From Chrysemys picta bellii (taxonomy: Eukaryota): a DNA stretch of 64,000 bases. The stretch covers positions 203,174,001 to 203,238,000 of the forward strand of contig NC_088791.1 in assembly GCF_011386835.1 (NCBI RefSeq), given 5' to 3'. The position numbers were made by a program, and so were the translations under genes. Under the pieces are notes generated by a model. That model was not told where the DNA came from, made no database searches, and saw nothing but the letters and a program-made list of their open reading frames with translations. The stretch's first letter is position 1; every line of letters starts with the position of its first letter. Of this stretch, positions 49,497 through 60,993 are shown piece by piece.

Positions 49497-49596
49497 TTGT
49501 CTCAAGGATCAGAATGAGGCTAACTGTCATGTGACTGTTATCACTTTTGTCTCAAGGATCAGAATGAGGCTGTCATGTGACTGTTATCACTTGTCT
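49497..49596. repeat. 50-bp tandem duplication
   Basis: ttgtctcaaggatcagaatgaggc[taac]tgtcatgtgactgttatcactt occurs twice; copy 2 lacks 4 nt. Confidence 0.95.
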
Positions 49597-49716
49597 TTGT
49601 CGTATATCTACATAACTTGTGTTGTCAGCTTGCAATTTTATTAGGTGTCTCACAACACTTGATGTTTTTCTTAAAGTCCCAGCTCCTGAAGTCATGTAAA
49701 TACATAAAAATCTCAG

Positions 49717-49840
49717 CCTGAAGAACTCTGTGTGGTTCAAAAGCTTGCCTCTCTCAGCAACAGAAGTTGTCCAATAAAAGATATTGCCTCACCCACCTTG
49801 TCTCTCTTACAGCCTGGGACCAACATGGCTACAACAACAA
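49717..49840 (+). mobile_element. Penelope-derived pseudo-LTR fragment
   Basis: cctgaagaactctgtgt...aagcttg...caacagaagttg.ccaataaaagatatt.cctcacccaccttgtctct; same family as 14326-14518. Confidence 0.75.
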
Positions 49841-50624
49841 GGCAAACAAATCTCAGCTTTCACTTAAAAATAAATAAATAAAAAGGTTTCAGGCCCTTAT
49901 GGTTGCAGAGCAAAGCTTGAAAATGTGAACCCTGGAGGTTCAAAACCCAACAGGAAAATAAAAAGAACCCCAGAGTTGTTGGTTTTTAAAACACCTCATG
50001 ACTTTTATTCCAACTTCCTGATTTTTTGGGGCCTGGTTAATGATGTTTTCAGTGGTTAAGATTGACAATTCTGTAACTTGCTATACTTCTGCAGGAAGCA
50101 GGAAGGAGAACAAGGGCCTGTAGCTGGCAGTTCTAGCCTCTTTTCTGTTTGTTCTGTTTTGTTGTTTGGGTTTATTTTCCTCCACAAATCACAACAGGAA
50201 CATGGCTTGTAAAAGAACTTTCTGTCCCACTCGCTGTGTCTTGCTTTTGTGTTCTCATTTGTTCTCATCTGTGTTTGTTTCTTCCATGGGAAAGTAGCAG
50301 AAACTCTGCTATGAAATTGAACTTTTGCTAAACCTTTACACCAGTTTGCCCTGCCCAGTGGGAGTCTGGTTCTCAGGGAAGCCCAGTATCGGAGAATAAT
50401 ACCATAAATGTACAGAGTGGGAGAACTCTGACCCTTTTCTCTGGGATCTTGGTTAAGATCCAAGTTGTGCTTCTATGAGAGTGAATTTTTTCTCCTGTAT
50501 TCAGTCTCTTGTGGCAAAACTGCCACGTCTTAAAATTGTCTGATGAAAAGGACTATACTGTAATTTGCTGCTTAGGGCAGGCCAAAAATGAGGTAACATG
50601 GACCTTGTCTCTATGGAGATGGGG

Positions 50625-51054
50625 TAAGTGGGGGCCAGGAGCAGGGGGGAGGGGACACCCTGACATTAGCCCTCACTCCCCCCCCCCCCCCCCCCGCACA
50701 ACAAGCAGGAGGTCCTGGGAGCAGCTCCAAGGCAGAGGGCAGGAGCAGCACATGGCAGTGGGGGGGAGGGACAGCCGAACTGCCAGCAATTTATAGCCTG
50801 CTGGGCGGCTGCCGCACAGGGAAATTAGAGGAACAGGGAGCTGATAGGGGTGCTGCCGGTCCACTCTGGTTTCAAGCCCCCACCAGCTAGCTGCAATGGG
50901 CTGCTCTTTTTGCAAGCAGTGGACAAAGCAGACAGCTGCCAAACAACGTTATAAGGGAGCAGTGCGCAACTTTAAACGAGCATCTTCTCTAATTGATCAG
51001 CAATATAACAACGAAACAACATTAACTGGGACGACTTTAAGTGAGGAGTTACTG
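50625..51054. mobile_element. Truncated Tigger-type MITE
   Basis: Ends ttaagtgaggagttactg followed by TA; left boundary approximate. Confidence 0.6.
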
Positions 51055-51165
51055 TAATGTGGTGCTTAAAATGCCGCAGTTGTCTGGAGCCCTGTCTCCA
51101 CTAGCATTGTCATCAGTGAAGATAAAATGATGGTAGTGCAGTGATGGCTCATAAGAAAAAGCTTA

Positions 51166-51418
51166 GGGCTTGTCTACACTGAAAGTGCTGCAGCAGTGCA
51201 GCTGCACCGCTGTAGCGCTTAATGAAGATGCTACCTCCTGGCATAGGTACTCCACATCCCTGAGAGGCAGTAGCTATGACAACAGAAGCCCTCCCCTTGA
51301 CATAGCACTTGCTATACTGGGAGTTAGGTAGGTATAGCTGTATTGATCAGGGGTGTGGATTTCCCACACCCCAGAGTGACATATTTACACGAACCAAAGT
51401 TTGTAGTGTAGACCACAG
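51166..51418. mobile_element. PIF/Harbinger MITE
   Basis: tta|gggcttgtctacact ... agtgtagacca; TWA-type target site. Confidence 0.8.
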
Positions 51419-52883
51419 TTTAGTGTATGAGGCTCAGGAGTTTAAGTGACTTGCTAAAAGCCACTAGCCAATTGATGACAAGCATGTTAGCAAGTGGTGC
51501 AGCTGTACTGCTACTAACTGTGGTGCAACTGTAAGTATAGATAGGCCTCAACTGTATTTAGCATTATAGGCTCAATCACAGTTTCTGAAATGGTGCTGAA
51601 CATAGTGGGGTCCCATCTATACTTGCACTTATCTGTTTTCAGCCCTGCATCAGCTTTCCCTGTTGTGAGAAGTGGCTGGATTTCCTAAAGTAGACTGAGC
51701 TTTTATGAATTTTTAGCACAGCTTGTGACAGAATCTAGGGGCCTTATTCTGCTGCCACAGTGGTGAAAGTATTGGACCGTAGAAGGAGTCCCGACTCCTA
51801 ATTCCCTACTCTAAACACTGGACAACACTTCACCTATTTAACAAACCCTATTAACTATTCCACACAGGAAATAATGATTTCCTGATGCCAGACCCTAATT
51901 GTAAACACCAGTCCAAAAGTCCATTTACAGCACATAGAGAATTTATCTAGAATCTGCAGAAAGAATAAATATGGAATTTTAAAATGAAACAGGAAACACT
52001 CAGTGTGGATTTCTGTGATGCCTCCTCTGTAGTTCCTGACATTTTTGATGCACTAATGGAATGTGTGCTTCAACCAGTGAGGGCTGACAACTCCTTTCCT
52101 ACTGTGTCAAGAGACTGGGCAAGTTCCAGAGCCTTGCTCTATTATTAGCTTTCAGACTGCTGACATACAGAGAGACTCATCAGAAGGACTATCATTTGGA
52201 GGCACATGTGCCTGCTTTAGGGATTTACAGTATTTACAATGTGACAGAGAGGTCCAGTATGAAAAGTTGTCAGCCCTGCCATTGAACTGCCTGTGTTTCT
52301 AGGGATCCTGTCCTTATTTGCAGCTTCTTTATGTGAGCAGAAACAGTCTCATTTCTGTCGGCAAACCTGAGCTCCTAGACTGAGCTAATCAAAGACAGCT
52401 CAAATAACTGCCAAAGGCCTCAGATAAATGTATTACTGGGCTAGCACCAGACTACTTCAGAGCTTAGTGCTTTGGAGACCAGTGTGTTAGGTTAACTCAG
52501 GTGCTCTCCTATCTAAACAGCAGGCAGATGCTTTCAGCACCTTTGAAGGAAGGGAGGGAGGTACACTGTGCTTTTACTCCGTCCCCAGCCAGCCTATAAG
52601 TGGCTTTCGAATCTTGGAGACTACTACTAGGTATGTGATTTAAAAAAAAAAAAAAAAAAGATATAAATATACCAGTACAACCCCAAGTGTGGGCAGTTAT
52701 ACTGGTTGTTCGTAGATCCCACACAGGAGTAAGCTCTACTGTTATAACTGTGTCCACACCTGAGGAGTTGTACTTCCTTTAACTATGCTGGTATAGTTAA
52801 AGGCATGCAAGTTGAGTGTGTAGAAGGTGGTGATAATAATGAATTAAATTAAAAAAAAAACATACATTTTCCTGTGTCTCTGC

Positions 52884-53748
52884 TGTAACGGGGATACGAG
52901 AGGTGGTGAAATAAAAGGGAGAAACCCCCAATTACAGTAGGCAGGTCTTTTTCACCTGCACCCAGGGTCTGTCACCTGTGAAGTGTCTATCTGGTCCACT
53001 CCTCCCATCTATGTACATGTGTATGCAGGGAAAGAAGAAGAGAGAAACAAAGCTCTTTGAAAACACAAACAGTTTATTTGGGAATAGCAACAAAGATAGA
53101 AAAGGGGAAAACTATTAACCATAAAAAGATAACAAACAGTTGTAGTTGCCCCATGGGTAACCCGGGCCCCAAATACCCCTCCCGTGATAACAAAGTAAAA
53201 TAAAGGAAACCAAAATACCCCAATACTCTACTCTGTCAGAGGCTTCTGGGCAGATGATGAGAAAATGCTGTTTCTTTCGTAGCTGGTATTCGGAGGGCCC
53301 TGAACCTCAAATCGCCTGATGACCGATTTCGGACTGAGGCGAGAATGCAGGATCGGACTGGATCTGGACCCAGGTAAGTTGGTGACTCTGGATATGCAGG
53401 GTACCGGACAGATAAGTTCGATTAGCTGGTATATGGCTGCCCTCCTTGACAATGCTGGTCTCTTGGTCTGTTGCTGTGCAAAGGAACCGCACTCGACTGC
53501 CTCTCAGGTGGACAGCGACAGCTAACAGTCGCGGAATCCTTTTTACAAGCACCAGAGCGCCAAAGTTCCACAGCGACTCAGGCTGGAACTGGATTCACAC
53601 GAGAGTCAGTCCGCTTTTTCCGCCCTTAGCGCAAAGCGCGTGAAAATGTCCAAGAGGACATAACTTAACCCCAATATTGAACAATTGTCATAACTATTAA
53701 TACAAACAGTACTAAAACATCATAGAACACACAAGATTTCATCCAACA
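52884..53748 (-). mobile_element. Young solo LTR (865 bp)
   Basis: Termini tgtaac...ccaaca, 4-bp TSD ctgc/ttgc, many retained CpGs, minus-strand AATAAA at about 53072. Orientation is inferred. Confidence 0.78.
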
Positions 53749-54600
53749 TTGCTTGGAAAGTAATTCAGATTTCTATGTGATGCATGCTAATCTTAGCTGA
53801 ATTAAAATATAATGAACAAAACATTCTTGATGAGTTTAGCAAATAAGCCCTGAGGAATGGGCAAAGCAAATGTGGCTTGTGTAGGGTGTCACAAGGCAGA
53901 GAGACAAGAAACAGTTCCACATTCCTTGATTAGACATGTTAAATTGGTTTCACTATGTACAGAGCACTCTTCTAGCGCCATCTTATGGTCTGAAATAGAG
54001 CTGCATTCTCTGCAGATTGACATACCCCTCTGCAGTCCCCCCCCCCAAAGGTTAAATTAAACCAAAACAATCCAGAGCAGCATTTCACTTTATTAGTTAT
54101 CCTTCCCTGTCAGGTTCCAGTTCTGTCCCAGTACAGCTTTTTCTATTGTGTACAGTAAACATTGGCCTAGAGCTGCCTAGATGATGATTGAAGCTGAGAT
54201 AGAGCTAAGGCCGATGGAAATGTGCAGGTAATTTTGGAGAAATCTGCAGGGTTTCCCCTCCCTCCAACCTACAGAATTTCTGTGGGGAGTTATAAATTTG
54301 TTTCCTATCCTACCTGACTCAGCTCTTACATTTTAATAAGAGGTAAAAGCTTATTCACAACAGTTTATTATTTTATTATAATCTGCCTACATTGATGCTA
54401 GACTAAATTTTATAGAAAATCTGCCAAATCTCACAAGATGGTGCATGTTTTGAACGCAATCACAGCAACTGCAAGAGTGAGAGACTTAGGGCTTGTCAAC
54501 ACTTGAAGTGCTACAGCAGCACAGCTTCAGGGCTGAGCGACACAGCTGTAGTGCTTCAGTATAAACACTACCTACACCAGCGGGAGGAGTTCTCCTGTCA

Positions 54601-54722
54601 TAGGGTGATCAGATGTCCCAATTTTATAGGGACAGTCCCAATTTTTGGGTCTTTTCTTATATAGGCTCCTATTACCCCCCACCCCCGTCCTGATTTTTCA
54701 CATTTGCCATCTGGTCATCCTG
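54601..54722. mobile_element. hAT MITE nested in the Harbinger MITE
   Basis: TIRs tagggtgatcagatg / catctggtcatcctg; cctgtca is duplicated on both sides. Confidence 0.88.
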
Positions 54723-54765
54723 CCTGTCAGTGTAGGTAATCCACTTCCCCAAGAGGCTGTAGCTA

Positions 54766-55001
54766 CCCTGTTTCCCCGAAAATAAGACAGTGTCTTATAT
54801 TAATTTTTGCTCCCAAAGATGCGCTAGGTCTTATTTTCAGGGGATGTCTTATTTTTCAGAAATGAAAAATGCCTTATTATCGGTGGATGCCTTATTATCG
54901 GGGAGGTCTTATTATCGGGGGGATGCCTTATATTACAACGAGAGGCAAAACTGTAAGTAGGCCTTATTTTCGGAGGATGTCTTATTTTCGGGGAAACAGG
55001 G
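54766..55001. mobile_element. Tc1/mariner (Tigger/pogo-like) MITE nested in the Harbinger MITE
   Basis: Perfect 24-bp TIRs ccctgtttccccgaaaataagaca, TA TSD (54764-54765 and 55002-55003), internal ccttattatcgg repeats. Confidence 0.92.
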
Positions 55002-55619
55002 TAGGTAGATGGAAGAATTCTTCTGTTGATTTATCACTGTCTACACCAAGGATTAGGTCAGTTTAATACATCACTCAGGAGTGTGGATTTCACACCCTGA
55101 GTGATGTAGCTGGGTCAACCTAACACTTAAGTGTAGACCAGGCTAAGGCCAAAATTTTTAAATTTGGGTGCTTAAAATCAGGCTCCAACATCCATATTTA
55201 GGCACCTAAATAAAAGTAGTCTGATTTTTCAAAGCTGTTGAGCACGTCCTATTCCCATGTTCTTCGATGGAGATTGTGTGTATTAAATACTTCTGTAAAT
55301 CAGCCCACTTGTATTTACATATGATCACATTCTGCACTGGGTGTTGCCTGTTACTGATACCTGTTGTGGGCTGGGAAAACATGCTGAAGTCAAACCAAAC
55401 TGGTTTGAGAAAGGCAAGGTAAGAAGTTAATCAGTTTAGGTTACCGAATTGTGTTTTTTTGGGGGGGGGAAGACAATTAAAATGTGTTTCCTGTAGTAAA
55501 TCACACCATCCCACCCTGGAACAGTCACCTCTTATGTGAGAAGTGCTAGAATTTAAGACTTTACAGACGTCTCTTACCCTTGCAGTTGCAGTGATTACCT
55601 TCAAAACACGAACCATACA

Positions 55620-55738
55620 TAGGGTGACCAGATAGCAACTGTGAAAAAACGGGACAGGGGTAATAGGTGCTTATATAAGAAAAAATCCCCCAAAATGGGA
55701 CTGTCCCTTTAAAAACATCTGGCCATCTGGTCACCCTA
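55620..55738. mobile_element. hAT MITE (same family as 54601-54722, opposite orientation)
   Basis: TIRs tagggtgaccagat / atctggtcacccta; perfect 8-bp TSD accataca. Confidence 0.93.
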
Positions 55739-57376
55739 ACCATACATAAACCACCTGAAACAATAGCTCTGTATGAACTGCTCCCATGCATCTCACAAAC
55801 CTTTGGAAGCGTAAACAGGAATTCAGCTGCAAGCCACTAAAAAGTCTTTCTACCATATAAGGATTTCATCCTACTTAACCAATAGTCTATAACTAAGTTT
55901 TGGGGCCAGCTGAGTGCACTTTTCCTAGGGACCCACTAAACATAGTTTTATTAGCTGGCTTTCATTTTGTGCTTTCCTTCTGTACTGGATGTGAAGATTG
56001 TTAAATTTAGGATAACTGTGTTGAGGCACTTTGAAGTGAAAGAAACTGAATTCTAATCTCGGAGGAGACTGAATCAGAAGCGGGGGAAGAGATGAGTGTC
56101 TAGTCAAGAGCATCCGAAAAGAGCAATGTTTATCCCTGAACAATGCCATAAAGGCGATGACATGGGTCAGTGTGGGTATGGAAAGAGCCACATGACCTTA
56201 AGTGGGGTAGACCTTGATAGTTTTAAAAAGGTCTACAGTTAAGTGGTTTAAACAATTCTAAAGTTTAAGGATTTAGACATGAAGCTTATTGCTGTCTTTA
56301 AAAATACATATGAAACTTCAAACAAAAACATGTATCTGTATAAAGGCTTAACAGAAACTAAGGATCATGCACAAACAGTTGTTTTGAAGTAAACAACCCA
56401 ATTATTTACTGAAACTACTTGCAAAGGTAAAGAAAAAGTTGCTGGTAATCTGCAACACCTGGAAAAAAGCTACTTTTATAACCAATCTACTTCATCTGTT
56501 GGGTAATTGACATTTTGGATTGATTAATAATAATGGTGCTATTATTGAAGATATAGAACAAGACATCTAAAACAAGTGAGCATCATCAAAATAACGTACT
56601 TTTCAGAAGACCCTTGTCCACAGGCACTGTACGTTCATTGCTGTGTATAACTAACTGTGTAACGGAGCATCTTTTTAGGACAATTGCTTAGTACAATGTC
56701 TTTTTCTTTGTCTTGGAATCACTTTACTGCATGTTCTCATAAAAATCATTAGCTCCTTATGTCCATTCAAAACACAGATAAAGCCCAAAGAACTGCCAAG
56801 CTATTAGAAACAAGATAAAAATGTCAGGTGCAGTGTGAAATCAGCACTGAGAGACTGTGGTGCCATTGACACCTGTCTTGAAGAAATAAATGAGGTCAAA
56901 ACAATGGGTCTGAAGGATGCCACAGCATTTCTGTTCCCAAAGATGTTTTATAATTAGCTACAGTAGTTGAGACCCTTCTCAAGCTTTTGCAGAAGAAACT
57001 TCTAGCTGAAGCCCAGAAGCATATTGTGGTGGCATTTTCAGGAAAAGGCTGCCTAGAAACTAAAATGTGAGAATGCATGGTTAGCCCTATACCTCTGATA
57101 TGGCTTTGCACTGCCGTGCAGGAGTCCTGGGTTTAGCCTTAGTACCAGTTTCTCTCTCCCTAATATGGTGGCTGGGATTAGGAATGCTATAGAGACAACA
57201 GATCCAGATCTGTGTACATTGGTGCCCTCTCATGAAGAGGCATGATGGGCTCTGAGTGGAGTCCCACCATCCTTAGCTATAGAAAATTGGTGTTGTTCAG
57301 AAAAGACTGGAGGCTGCAGCATTTCATTGAAGCTACTTAGATAGCTGACAAGTGAAGTAATAGGCCAGCATTGTTT

Positions 57377-57594
57377 AGAACATAAGAACATAAGAAAGGC
57401 CGTACCGGGTCAGACCAAAGGTCCATCTAGCCCAGTATCCTGTCTACCGACAGTGGCCAATGCCTAACAGGTAATGATCAAGTGATCTCTCTCCTGCCAT
57501 CCATCTCCACCCTCTGACAGACAGAGGCTAGGGACACCATTCCTTACCCATCCTGGCTAATAGCCATTAATGGACTTAACCACCATGAATTTAT
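57377..57594 (-). mobile_element. CR1 3' end fragment with (TTCTTATG)n tail
   Basis: agaacataagaacataagaa.ggccgtaccgggtcagaccaaaggtccatctagccc. Confidence 0.9.
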
Positions 57595-57901
57595 TCTGGA
57601 TATATGAAAATTAGAAATGGGCTTGAACCCAAATCTTGGCTAAGAATATCTATGAACTTCAGCTCTTTGGATCCAAAGTCTGTGTGTGGCTCATGATGAA
57701 ATGAGGCTTCTTTCTTCTTATTGTTAGCCGTGCCCATATTCTCTCAGCAAGGGACCACAGTTCTGTGAGGCTTACACAGGTTTTTATGAAAACTTTAATA
57801 CCCATGAACGTTAACTCCCTTATTGTTTCCCTGCTTTGCACCCTGTATCCATCGAAGCTTCCCCTCTCCAAAAAAAAAAAAAAAAAAACCAACAATGCTA
57901 A

Positions 57902-58440
57902 GGCCTGGATCCACAAAGGGATGTAGGTGCTTAGAAAATGACAGGAATAGCACTGTAATCCACAAAGCCTGAGTTAGACCCCTAGGTTCCTCTACAGTGA
58001 ATGGTGGTGGGTGGAGGGGGAGTGTTAGAATGAGATCCACAAAAGCCAGAACTCTAGGTGGGGAGCTGCCTAGGCTAGCCAATAGAAGATGCCAATGAGA
58101 GGGGTGTGCTAAGCCCATCCCCTCTTACAGAGATAAGTGTCTAAGTCCAGGCTGCGAGGAGGCACCTATCTCTGCTAGAGAGCCACAAACGGTGAAAGAT
58201 AAGTGCACCTCGGCTGAACTTGCATGCAGGGCCCAGTCTGGTAGGGAAGCTCAGACACCACCTAACTCCACACAGAACAGCCGGGGAGAGGGAAGAAAGC
58301 AGCTTTCTTTTTAACCTGGTGGTTAGAGCATTCACCTAGGATATGGGAGACCACTGGTTCAAGTCCCCCCTGTGTCCTATGGGAAGGGATTTGAATGGGG
58401 ATCTGCCACCTCTCAGGTGAGTGCCATAGCAAGGGTGCAA
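57902..58440. repeat. Composite turtle-type repeat containing a tRNA-like head followed by its partial inverted copy
   Basis: A-box-like tggtggttagagca and B-box-like ggttcaagtccc at 58317-58367; complementary segment gggatttgaa...ctcaggtgagtgc at 58386-58424. Confidence 0.55.
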
Positions 58441-59798
58441 CTGGTGCTTCTCAGAGCATAACGGACACTGGCTCCCCTCTGAACAAAACACTGCTCCAGC
58501 CTTTGCTCCTATTGGCATATGACAGTAGTAAAGAATCGCAGAGGTCACATTTTTCTTACATTGAACATGGGGCTTTATCTGAATAAGGAAAACAGTATTA
58601 TGCCTAAAACTGCTCTGTCTCTTTCCCTGATTCACTGCAGAGCTTCTTCCCAGAACAGTCCCTTATAAACAAATGCTACATTCCACTATGATGACATGTC
58701 AGTTACACTATTTCAAGCTGTACTGTGTACAGTTGTTACAGAGGGATATTGTAGTATAATAAACAACAGTACTTTTCCCAAATACCAGAGCTCGGGAAAG
58801 TCTTACTTCAGAGGTTTAGGTCACTGCAGTGATTTTAAAAGACAGTTATAATCTTATTTTATCTAGAAATTATGTGTTCTGAAAGAGCTATTTTTTGTAA
58901 AATTTTTGTAATAAATTAGATAATAACATTTTAGAAAGAGGAAGAAGTATTAAAAAGCACTCCCATTTCACAGACCAGAGCAATAATGTGTCAGGCAGCA
59001 TCAAAGTATTAAACAATATTGCTTGCATCATTAACACCAAATGACATGGCTTAAGAAACCAATTAATGACGAGGTTAAAACATAAAGTTATCACACAATA
59101 TAGTTCTTGAAAGTACTAAAAATTCTGTAGGGTGCAGTACACAACTTCCCTGAAGCAAATAATTTTCATATAAAGTTACATGGAAATTTAAAGATTTTTT
59201 TTCTATTATTTAATAAAATAATAACACTTCATTTTTGTATCATTTCACATGGTCAAAGCACTGAACAAATAGTGACTGATCTACCCAACACCCCTGTCAG
59301 GTAGGAAGGTGGAGTATGTATTATTATTGCCATTTTGCAAATGAGGAAACTAAGACAGAGAAGGTTTGGCCATTGACCATGTCAGATCAAGGAGTAGAAA
59401 TCAGAAATTCTTGGCTCTCATCCCTGAACCCAGTACATTAGATAATTCTCTCATTAGATCATGCTCTTTCTTAATTAGAGGAATATGTTTGCATATGATA
59501 CATTCCAGAAACAAGACAAGGAACAGAATGACTCCTGTGTTTGTAAAATAAAGAGGCACTGTCAGCTTCAGAATCATACTATGAAATAACTGTTTTATGT
59601 TTCACTTTATAACTAAAGAAATCAGTGCAAAATTAAAATAAAATATGTTCGCTAATTTGTCTTTCATTAGCATTACAACAATTTTTGCTGATACTAAAGA
59701 GAATTACTATTTATTTCTACAGTGTTACATATGTGCGTGGGGCTGTACTGCTAAATGCAAGAACATAAGGATCCTGCCCAGGAGATCTTGGTCTAAAG

Positions 59799-60469
59799 CA
59801 GTGTTTTTCAAATGCGGCCACCGGGAGCTTTTCTTGTGGACACAGCCTCTTGGCTGTGATTGGAGGAGGGAAGGCAAAGCAGCGGCCCCTCCTTCTTGCA
59901 TCTGGATGCACCACCTTGATGTTGGTTGCTGGGGCCACCAGCAGGGGTTGGGCCCTGCCCTCCTCTGGAGACATCCAGGGCACAATGGTGGAGGAGCAGG
60001 CAGCCGGTGGGTTTCCCATCTTCCCAGCAACGGTGGGGTCAGGCTTTGGGCTTCAGCCCTGGGTGGCAGGGAGGCAGGCTCTGGCCGCGGGGCTTCAGGC
60101 TCCAGCCCTGGGCTCTGGCTGGGGGGTGGGAGACCCCAGGGCTTCAGGTTCCAGTGCCCCACCCCCATCTCTCCTGCCCCTCACTTCCTCTCCTTACCCT
60201 CCATCCAGGGCTTAATTTGTCCTCAGGCTTGCCAGAGCTGAGTAAATCTGCTGTGAAAAGTGAAACTTGTATGTTTGTTAATATCACTTTTCACAACAGA
60301 CTTACTAGCTAACAAGAAATAAATTATGATTTGGACATCTATATGTGCATATTTATTTGGTTTTCCTAAAGCTAATTAAGTATTTTAGGAAAAAGTGTGA
60401 GAGTGGCCACCAGCAAAAGTTGGTGGCCGGACTCTGAGGCCACTGAAAAATTTGTCCTGAGAATCCCTG
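59799..60469. mobile_element. hAT (Charlie-type) non-autonomous element, 671 bp
   Basis: Termini cagtgtttttcaa / tgagaatccctg; perfect 8-bp TSD gtctaaag (59791-59798 and 60470-60477). Confidence 0.92.
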
Positions 60470-60886
60470 GTCTAAAGTGAAATTGGTATTGTTAGTATTC
60501 TGGTCACAGGCAGTTCATATCAATGCATATACATTGCCCTGGGAGCCATGCGATCTTCAAATACAGAATTCTGTTACTCCTGGTTTGGAAGCTACTTTTC
60601 TTTCCACCTCTTGAAGGAACAGTGTTTTATGGTGGTGGGAATATGCAGAAAGAGCTATTTAAGCAGTTATACGGCACTTATCATTGTAGTACATAAGCAT
60701 AAAATGCTGCAATGAGAATGTTAGTAAATAAATCTGTTTAATGTTATATCACTATTAAATATTTTTAAATAAAAAATCCTCACATTTATACCCTGTGGGT
60801 CAAATTCAGCCTTGGTACAAGCAGTGGAGTTGCAGCAGGGTTAGATTTGGTCCAGTATTTCACCCGTACTCCCATTTACCGTCCGA

Positions 60887-60993
60887 GCCCTGACTCAGCA
60901 CTTGCGTGCATGCTTAACTTTCAGCATATATTGAAATCCATGGAACCATGCTTTAAATTAAGCACATGCTTAAGTGCTTTGCTGAATCAGGGC
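60887..60993. repeat. Short hairpin-forming MITE-like element
   Basis: 13/14-bp inverted ends gccctgactcagca / tgctgaatcagggc. Related short palindromic elements at about 2985-3065, 17545-17600, 29565-29620 and 61820-61892. Confidence 0.6.

Larger units (their letters stand above)
54489..55143. mobile_element. PIF/Harbinger MITE carrying two nested insertions
   Basis: tta|gggcttgtcaacact ... agtgtagaccaggc|taa. Removing the inserts restores a sequence similar to 51166-51418. Confidence 0.85.

Noticed and set aside
58317-58367. Possible tRNA gene
   Set aside because: A and B boxes are present but there is no acceptor stem or complete cloverleaf; treated as a SINE-derived repeat.
59645-60312. 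Several 100-198 aa ORFs
   Set aside because: They lie in or run across the hAT element bounded by the gtctaaag TSD; no transposase motifs.
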